From Rotaria socialis (taxonomy: Eukaryota), in assembly GCA_905331295.1 (NCBI GenBank), contig CAJNYD010000047.1:170910-190909 (forward strand): a stretch of 20,000 nucleotides of DNA. Direction: 5' to 3'. Below the pieces are notes generated by a model that was given only the letters and a program-made list of their open reading frames with translations, was not told the origin of the DNA and ran no database searches. The first letter of the stretch is position 1. The number at the start of each line of letters is the position of its first letter. Positions 8,601 to 16,818 of this stretch are shown here, one piece after another. Both the position numbers and the translations under genes were made by a program.

Positions 8601-10662
8601 AGACTTGATTTTTGATCTCCATCAGAAGATCTAATCAGCTAAACAATTGTTTTTGATGATTACTTCGGTTCGTTAACAAATAGCGTCAACGTTCTTGCGC
8701 TCTATTGGATAAGAACTTTACAACATCTGGAAAAATTTGCTCCTGAATAAATGTTTTTCTTACAAATAGATTACTTGAGCGATCGTATTCTATTTTGCTT
8801 GTGATTGATATCTCAATTATTAAATTAATACAAGTATAGAGGTTTCTACTAAAATAAAGACTCTGCTAATCTCTTCCAGTTATTATTTAATGAAGCAGAA
8901 AAACAACAACTGTTCTTATTTTGTTTTCTAGTTTTCAAGATGTACTCTTCGATGCTTATCGTTCGCATGAACCAACTAAAATTGTCCATTATCTTGTTCG
9001 ACTTGTGTAAGTTCTTTTTCTCTTAGTATATTCATAAATCACACATAATAATATAATCACTTGATGTATAATTACACATACTGCATCTTTAACAGATTAA
9101 CAAAGCTTAAATGCACGAAAATCCTTTTTTAATTATTAATGAAAAAAAAAGAAAATATAAAATGAGAGTAAAACGAAGCAGAACAAACGACAACATTGTA
9201 TTTGCTTTTCTTTCTACAAAAAAGACTTCTACATATTGATTTATGACAAAATATTTGAAAAAAATAGAAAGAATAATAATGCTAGTCCGTTCCGCCTATT
9301 CTCGTTTTCGAGAAAATATATAATGTGATGTATGCGTTGACATATTATCACCAATAGCTGGATTTCCACCGCCACCAGTTGATCCTAATATTTGATAGCC
9401 TAAACGCATCATTCTACTGATAACATCCATATAAACAGGTGGATGTTCGTCTTTTTCAGCTGAATAATTTCCAAACCAAACAAACGATGAATCGGCTGCA
9501 TTTGGAAGTATTTCATAGACAAGTTCTTTTTCAGCAAATATCCGATAGTGTTTAGGATAAGAAACAAGAACAATCAATGAAACAACATCGATTCGACCAG
9601 AAATCGATTCATTCGATGAAGCATTAACAATAGTACCGTTAGAGTCAGATGATGCCATTGATAATGTAATACAGAAATAAAATATGATATGAACAAGGAG
9701 TGTGTAGAGGGGTATGGGCGGTCCAATAAGATAAAGAAGAAAAAAACGACTAAGTTCTTAAGATAATAATTAAGGACATAGCTGCTTTTAGAGAAAAAAA
9801 AAGAAGAAAAAACAGAGAGGACAGTTAGGCTGGTTCTCTGTGTATCGTGCAGCAAGGTCTTTCTGTTCTTGGTTCGTCTTTCTTTTCGCTTAAGACCGGC
9901 TGATTGACATGATGAATGACATTTTCTTTATCTGGCAGTGGCTTTGCTATGCTGTTGTCCGTCTGTTTCTTGCATACCACATCAGTTTGTTGCTGTTAAT
10001 GGGTGTTGTTGTTATTATTATTATTATTATTAGTGTTGTTGCGATCTCATTTTCTTTGTGTAACACACGTTGTTGCCCTTACTCGATGAAAATACTTCTT
10101 CCTCTATCTTCCACATTTGCTATTCGTAAGACATTGATAAGTGTGCAAGAAAAAAAATAGAAAAATATTATTAATTATGATAATCTTGACGACACTTTAT
10201 TATTGAAGTTAAATATCGTTTGTCATCTTGAGCGTTTTCTCTTCTTTGGTATATACTTAAGTCATTAGATGCATATACTAGTTGACATTCTCTTAAAAAT
10301 CAATTGGGAGAAGTTTTAGATTGATTGCTATGCAGAATATCATTAGAAGACAAAAACCAAAATTGTCATCTCTTAGATATATTTAGATGTATATGTACGC
10401 ATATACAGATCAAGTAGAAATAATGAGAAATGGTTTTTCTAAAAAGTTTTTTCTATTATAGAAAATCTATAAATCGTGCACTTGCTAAACTTTACGTCAA
10501 AGATGAAGAAATAGAATTGGCTAAAGTAATTATAATTAGCATTCTTTTATTAATTGTTTATTAACATGCTTATAGGCTCGTCTATTGCTTTATCATATGT
10601 GTCGTCTATCACTTAAAGAAGGTCTTGAATTACTTGGTATTGAAGCACTCACTCGTATATGA
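5624..10662 (+). CDS. RARS2: Arginyl-tRNA synthetase, probably mitochondrial (RARS2-like), 18 exons, 616 aa
   Basis: Exons 5624-5656, 5711-5832, 5890-5989, 6043-6126, 6175-6338, 6398-6537, 6589-6665, 6717-6789, 6921-6994, 7055-7266, 7317-7377, 7444-7523, 7583-7716, 7835-8009, 8064-8159, 8932-9006, 10462-10525, 10576-10662. All introns are GT-AG and the exons total 1851 nt in one open frame. ArgRS motifs: VVEFSSPNIAKPLHAGHLRST (HIGH region), NYLGDWGTQYG, KSDGTTLYITRDIAA, FGR...TRKG, YCHARLCSL, ARLLL...GLELLGI. The N-terminus MNLLRQQAVRQIKILLRS is Arg-rich and acid-free, like a presequence. Confidence 0.93.
9296..9658 (-). CDS. Nested intronless 120-aa protein with a putative KCTD C-terminal/GFRP-like domain
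   Basis: Complete ATG-to-TAG ORF (context tcaATGG) with protein-like composition and higher GC than its flanks, wholly inside ArgRS intron 9007-10461 on the opposite strand. The C-terminal half, PPVYMDVISRMMRLGYQILGSTGGGG...SHYIFSRK, resembles the KCTD1/15 C-terminal motif (V..RL...GF.I.GS.GGG....SEY...R) and GFRP (PP...L..L...GF.V...TG). Confidence 0.75.
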   Translation of the reverse strand: MASSDSNGTIVNASSNESISGRIDVVSLIVLVSYPKHYRIFAEKELVYEILPNAADSSFVWFGNYSAEKDEHPPVYMDVISRMMRLGYQILGSTGGGGNPAIGDNMSTHTSHYIFSRKRE

Positions 10663-11310
10663 TTTGTTATTTGTTTTCTTTAAATAAATGAAAAAAAAAT
10701 TTTTTTTTGTCTTGTTAAATTAATATTAATCGGAAAAAACATATTACAATTTGTTTTATTCAAAATATTGATAAATTCGAGATAAATATAAAAATCAAAA
10801 ATTTCCTCATGTATATTTGATACTACTAAGATAAGAATATCAAATATTAAGAAAATAATCATGGAAAGAAATGTAATACGATAGGATCATTCCAAAAAGC
10901 AAAAATGTACAGTTGATAAATATAGATTTTACGGCTATGTTCTCTAATAGTAACAGATCCATTTGATCGTGCCATTCTAAATATCGTCATAGTAATAAAC
11001 ATTGTAAAATTTGTTCTTTACTTCTGCTATAAAACGTTTATAATAATAATAATAATATTTTAATTGTTTGCATATTTTTTAAAAGTTAAATGAAAAGAAG
11101 AAAGAACACATGATGACTCAATCGGCTTTTAAATTATCTTTTGAGGTTTCAAAAATGAATTTAACTAATTCTATATTTGACAGCTCAAAGCAAGTTTTGT
11201 AAATTGTGTTGATGCATCAACCACCAAGGTTAAATTGACTAGTTTTACATAAGAGTTTATTAATCAAACTTCAGCATATCTATACAAGAGAGAAAATATT
11301 TTTTTCAAGT

Positions 11311-12244
11311 TTAAATCCCTCCAACATCGGTATGACAAAGAAATACAACGACTAAAATATCACAATCCACTCCTTGCATGTTAATTGTTACTGAATTATC
11401 CGTACGTGTATCCCATAGACATCTTGATGCAACATGTAATCCAGCAGGAATTTTTTGAAAAACAGTGAGATGAACAACGATTTTATATCGTTGAGCACTA
11501 CCACCTTTGATAGATGATAAATAATGTTTAACTTTTGAACGTATGAGATTTCCCAATATTAATAATTCTGCTTTATGTGTGTCATCAGAATCAAATTCCA
11601 TACGTTTCGTTTGTTCACTTATATGTACATCTTTTTCGATGCCTGTTTTTAATGCAAACCAATTTACTGGAGGAGCAGGTCCTAATTTATAATTGTCAGA
11701 TTCTCGTATATTTTTACCGGTTATACGCGGTAAGCCAGTATTAATTTTTGGTTGAATATGATCATAGAGCGTTTTCCGTTTCAAATAAGAACTACCAGTT
11801 ACATTCATCGATGAAACTTCTCGAGCTAGTCTTGCCATATTGTTACGTAGTATAAACCGTTTAGCTGCTTCCTGCACTGCTGAATTGTATTTGGTTGATG
11901 TTTCCAGTAGTTGGGTAGTGGATGACGAAATCTGGCTATTTTCCAAAAATGATTCTGTTGAACTACTATTTGCTATGCTTGGGAGATAATGAGAGCCATC
12001 TCGCTTAGATGGACGTGGAACTCGTTGTTTTGTTGTTGCACAAAGTTCACCAATGGGTTTAACCTCGGGAAGTTGAGCATCATATAACTGATGTTTAACC
12101 ATTTTTGTTTCATCATGCATTTTCCTAATCGTAAAGAATCAGAAATATCAAATAATAATTAATATTCAAAAGATCTGTGTAATGTTTCTCAATAAATATT
12201 ACATACCACGATTTAATAGGATATCGTTTTTGTACGTCGACCAT
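11311..12244 (-). CDS. Tctex-1 domain-containing protein (dynein light chain Tctex-type family) with long N-terminal extension, 2 exons, 283 aa
   Basis: Exon 1 12244-12207 (MVDVQKRYPIKSW), intron 12206-12125 (GTATGT...TAG), exon 2 12124-11311, in frame. It contains DNYKLGP (cf. the NTY.L.P motif of TCTEX1D-type proteins) and RYKIVVHLTV...GLHVASRCLWDTRTDN...VVVF, the Tctex-1 signature. Confidence 0.85.
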
Positions 12245-12568
12245 TTTGATTGTATGATTTTCTTTTTTTCGTTAATGAAAAAGATCAAACTATGTAAACG
12301 AGTCAAAACATCTATGTAGTAGACTTTCTTTGCAGAATCATACGAGAAAAATGGTAGTATGTGCGCATTATAAATTTAACGATGCTGAGAAGCTCTAGTT
12401 TGTTCGTTTCTTAAATGTGTATTTTAGTTGATTAAGAAAATTTTGGATGACAAATAAATGCTTGAAAACGATTATGGTTGAATTTATTGAAAGCTCGTCA
12501 ATGTTCCGCCCTATTTTCTTTGGTAAAAATAAATTGAAGCACCTAAAAGAAGTAATAATCGATAGGTA

Positions 12569-13138
12569 GGTGTGCCGTAGAAAGACCGAAAGGGAAAAAT
12601 ATCGAAAATTTGCACTAAGATGTTTCTATTCTTGAAATCATAATAGCATCATATCATAAATCATAGATAAATAAGAGTTATAAAGAAAAATACACATATC
12701 CAATATTTACTAGTTGTTGTTGTTTTATTTAGTTTGAAAATATATTTATCTGATACAAGGAAAGGTTTTCCTTTTTACGACTGAATAAATGAAATAACTG
12801 GAGTTGGCGGATGATTCTCACCAGATAAAAATGAGCAAGCTGTAGTCATCATGATAGAAGTTTAATCGCTGTATACTATTTTACGTCTATTTTAGCTAGC
12901 TTTCATAAGATATAACTTATCAATAGTATCAATGGTTAACAGTGTCAAACCAATGGAATAATCAGATTAACAACAATGAACAATAAACTATTAGAACCTT
13001 TATTTAGCAGAGACGTCGCTTTTTTCTATCTTTTCTGTTTTCGACATTTTTCCTTCTCTATATTTTTCTTTCGACATCTTTCCTTTTCGATATTTTTCCT
13101 TTTCGACATTTTTCCTTTCGGTCTTTCGACGGCCAACC
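12569..13138. mobile_element. 570-bp non-autonomous TIR element with GG..CC termini, 8-bp TSD and subterminal tandem repeats
   Basis: Left end GGTGTGCCGTAGAAAGACCGAAAGGGAAAAATATCGAAAA (12569-12608) matches the reverse complement of the right end, GGTTGGCCGTCGAAAGACCGAAAGGAAAAATGTCGAAAA (13100-13138). Flanks are GATAGGTA (12561-12568) and GATAAGTA (13139-13146), 7/8 identical. Confidence 0.85.
13022..13115. repeat. About 6 tandem copies of a 15-16 bp unit (consensus TTTTCGAYATTTTTCC) in the right arm of the TIR element
   Basis: Units read directly: ttttctatcttttctg, ttttcgacatttttcc, ttctctatatttttc, tttcgacatctttcc, ttttcgatatttttcc, ttttcgacatttttcc. Confidence 0.85.
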
Positions 13139-13840
13139 GATAAGTACGCTGTTCTTAGGTTATCTAGCATATTTAACAAGTGGACTACAATTTTTCTCCT
13201 CTTTACACAATGTTCATATCCAATAGGGTATTTGATTTATTTCGCACATTTTACAGACTAATTATTCGTCTGCAGAATTTTTATGGGTTGTGTACAAACG
13301 TCTAGTTATGAATCAAATATTTGTTTTTAAACTTTTAAATTTACTAATACCTTATGAGGTTCTAAGAACGAACTTAAAATTCTCGACATTCTATGACACG
13401 AACTGATTTAGTAATAGAAATACAAGCAAAAACTTTCAACCGTCTCTCATCGGTTAAATCTTCGTTATATATTTCAATATATTATAATTTTACTTTTTGA
13501 AGATAAAATTTTACTTATTTGGTTAAGTTATTATTAATAATATTTTAGAAAAGAAAAATACAGCTTTCAATGAAATACAATGCTTCGTCTTCTCTTTTGC
13601 CTTTCGTCGTTTTCAGGACAAAAAGGTATGCCACATTGAATAAATATACAAATGCGCAGTTCAAATGATGCTCGTCTTAATGAAAACAGAATGACGGCGA
13701 CTGAAGATATTTCCATATGTTTTAAGAATGAAAAACATCTATGTAATTAAAAATCTTATTTCGCTTTATTTCTGATTGTAATAAATAGGAAGAATAATTA
13801 TGAAATAAATTTCGCTGACACTCTTATGATAATGTGTCTT

Positions 13841-15550
13841 TTAAGCATAGACTTTGCCTTCGATGTATTCCAATAAAGCTAATTCACCAGCCAGTGTTTC
13901 TTTTCCTGTTGGAACAATTTGATCTTCCGGTAACAAAAATCCATATTCACCTAAGAATCAAGAATGATAATAATAGAATTGATATTTTACTTGTCGAAAT
14001 AAAACTATGCTACTTACCAGTATCTCGAAGTTCAACGGCGTAACTGAATGTTATATTAGCTGTACCAAATGTCCAATCGACTGTATTACCCGATGCAATA
14101 TAAATAGTGGAACCAATATTACCATGAACATAATTAGTGCCTTTGAGAAAAAAATATAATGCTGCATCATAAAACTCTACTCTACTTACCAAAAACAGCG
14201 CCGAGTGCTTTAACAGCTTTAGCTGATCCATCGTCTTGCAATTTGAATTGTGCTGGTTTGCTTGTTGTATAACCTAATAAGAAAAATGACAATAGAAATT
14301 TTCATATGATCATAATTACCCCATGGTGACATCCATAATTGCGAATACGAATGAAAATTAATGTAGTGTACAAAAGTATCATTATGAGTAAGAAGAAAAT
14401 TTGATACTTGTGCTGTTTCAACTTCGGAAAATGGTTTACTACCACAGTATGTATCATCGCATGGATCAGATGAAGCACCACCTAGAAATATCATCAGAAT
14501 AAATGATTAGATAGATAATAAATAAAAAGTTACCTTCACACCAATGATAATTCCAATTACGATTTGGATCAGCACCAATACAACCCGGTTGTGATGTTTT
14601 GCTGCGAGTCTTACGCCATAGTCGATCTAAAAATCGTGTTTACTGTCAATTTTCTCAATGCTTCTCTACTTTACCGCTTTTCCATGTATACGCATAACCA
14701 TCAACATTAAAGACAGGTAAAATATAATAATCGAATTGATCTACGAAATGAGTAATTGTTGGGTCTGTACCATAGCTCGATAAAAGTGAATGAGCAATGT
14801 AGATATTCGTCGCTGGACTAATCCATTCTCGAGCATGAATACCTGAAAAGAAATATTTTCAAAATAATTTATGAAAAAAACAAAATGCGAAACTATCGCT
14901 TACCTCCATCCCACCAAACAGCTTTTTTAGCATTTACGGGAATGCCAGCAACTGTAACTGCTGTTTTACTCGATGATATTTTTAAACCTTTCATTTGACG
15001 TTTTTCATAGGATGTGCCAACAATAAATGATGTCGCCAATGAAGGATATGTTTGTACCATTGTATCAATCCATGCATGAATTTCTTCAATAGGATGATAT
15101 TTATCATATGCAAAAGCACCAACATTTTCATATGATGGTATTAATTTATGAATTAAGTTTTGTCGTTCAATAATAGATCCAATATCTTTCATAATAACAT
15201 GATATTTTATTTTTATATCATCGGATGATAAAAAACTAGCAAAACTTTCAATAGATTCAGGTGCTATACTAACATCAATCTAATAAAAACAAAACAGAAA
15301 AGAGTATATGTTATAGATAAACAAAACTATTGAATTCTACCGGAATATTCACACGGAATTCTTCAGACCAAAAGTTAATATTTTGTTGATATGCTGCGCG
15401 ACTAAAACCAAGTAATTTAGCTACTTGTTCGTTGTTGGTAACATCTAAACGCCATAATTGATATTGTGAATACGATTTGAAACCGTAAACATTTAAATGA
15501 ATAGTCAATAATAGAAATAATGGTATAAAATAGGGCAGCAACATTTTCAT
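13841..15550 (-). CDS. Secreted zinc procarboxypeptidase, M14A subfamily (carboxypeptidase A-like), 8 exons, 441 aa
   Basis: Exons 15550-15341, 15279-14904, 14842-14675, 14626-14534, 14481-14320, 14273-14190, 14140-14018, 13950-13841. All introns are GT-AG and the exons total 1326 nt. Signal peptide [23 protein letters not shown]; activation-peptide pattern (YQLWRL...INFW...IDV); [11 protein letters not shown] (Zn ligands H69/E72); DRLWRKTRS (R127); GADPNRNW (N144/R145); HSYSQ (H196); Y248; ELRDTG (E270); YGFLLP. Confidence 0.95.
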
Positions 15551-16818
15551 ATCTTCACGAGCCAAGAAAATATGAAAAAGAAAAATATAATCATCGACAT
15601 GAAGCTCTACATAAACTCCAACATGGGGAGAGAGATATGACAAAAAGTAGATAACAGAGTGTATTGTTTGCTAGTAAAAAAAATGTTTATATGTAACAGA
15701 AAATGACAGTCAGCATGATAGATCAAGACTCTTAAAAAACGAAACAACAAAAAGAGCCTTGAAATACTAACTGTTAAAACTGAATGGAGACCGATGTATT
15801 CAAAATCGATGACTTGATCACGATTAATTGCGCGATTAAGTCGCAACATATCGCCAAAACTGATGATTTTTTTGTCGATTGGAGGGAGATGAGTACACCC
15901 ACACTTGCAGTTCTATTACACTCATATAACATTGTTCAAATTTTTTTTGCGAAAGGCTCTGATGACACAGGACGATGTCTTATTCTTTACAGGTATTACG
16001 CTAAACTCGACTAATTTCTAATTCAATAAAATACCCTTCAAGGTTCTAGTATAAGCATCATTTTTCATTGAACTTTTTTTTATTAAACTTCTTTCTTCAT
16101 ACATATAGACTTGAAACTTTTGAGCGTAAGATTTATCCGTATGGAGAATTCTTGAACTAAAGACTAAAGAGTAGTTTGATTAGAGCACTGATTAGCATTT
16201 ATTTGTTCCAAATATAATGTTCTATCGATCTGAAAAGTAGCAATGTAAAATCAACTTCTCTCGAATCAACGTGAGGTGACGCTCAAATTACTTGATTAAA
16301 ATTGAGGGAAAATAACACCTGAGGAACTCATTTTTAATGAGAAAAATTTCAATCAGATCATATTCTTTGTAAATATTTTTTTTAAATACCAGAGCAAAAC
16401 TTTTTGTTCTGCGGATTTTCTCGTTTGATGGGATTTATCGGATCTAATAAGTTACCTTACTTGAAATAAAAAGGAAATGAAATAAAATTTTATTCTCAAA
16501 ATATTATTGGGAGACATTGATGGCAGATAAATAGAAAGACGATGAAAGGTAAAATCAAAATTGTCACTTGAATTTTTTCTTTCGACGTTCAACCTTTCTA
16601 ATTTCTTTTTTTATACATTTAAACACGAATCACATTTTTCTATTGCCTTTCAATTAGAATAGTCTGTTTGACACCTCTGAATGTGATATTGTTCTTTGTT
16701 CAAATAATTTGTTTTTATTTTCTTTTCGCCAATGAGAAGAGAATTTAGAAACAAACAATGAGTCCATAAGTGTGTATATACAACGTCGACAATAACATTA
16801 CAACTACAATTAAGATGG

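Noticed and set aside
8160..8931. 772-nt ArgRS intron 15 as host of a second nested gene or element
   Set aside because: No ORF of 60 aa or more, and no terminal repeats or RNA-gene signature seen by eye.
9574..10160. ORFs 9574..9855 (-) and 9909..10160 (+) as extra nested genes or upstream BTB exons
   Set aside because: Their hydrophobic runs derive from T-rich tracts and a (TTG)/(TTA)n microsatellite; no BTB-like motif; more likely UTR or promoter of the nested gene.
10680..10862. 60-aa minus-strand ORF
   Set aside because: I/F/N/K-rich translation of extremely AT-rich 3' UTR or intergenic DNA.
13022..13115. Short repeats as a CRISPR array
   Set aside because: The units are directly tandem with no unique spacers, there are no cas genes, the context is eukaryotic, and they belong to a TIR element.
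13834..14043. 69-aa plus-strand ORF
   Set aside because: Antisense shadow of the last carboxypeptidase exons.
15551..16014. N-terminal extension of ORF 15311..15643, and ORFs 15607..15849 and 15784..16014
   Set aside because: The extension depends on a non-ATG start, while ATG 15550 directly begins a signal peptide. The other two ORFs have no recognisable features and overlap each other in a promoter region.
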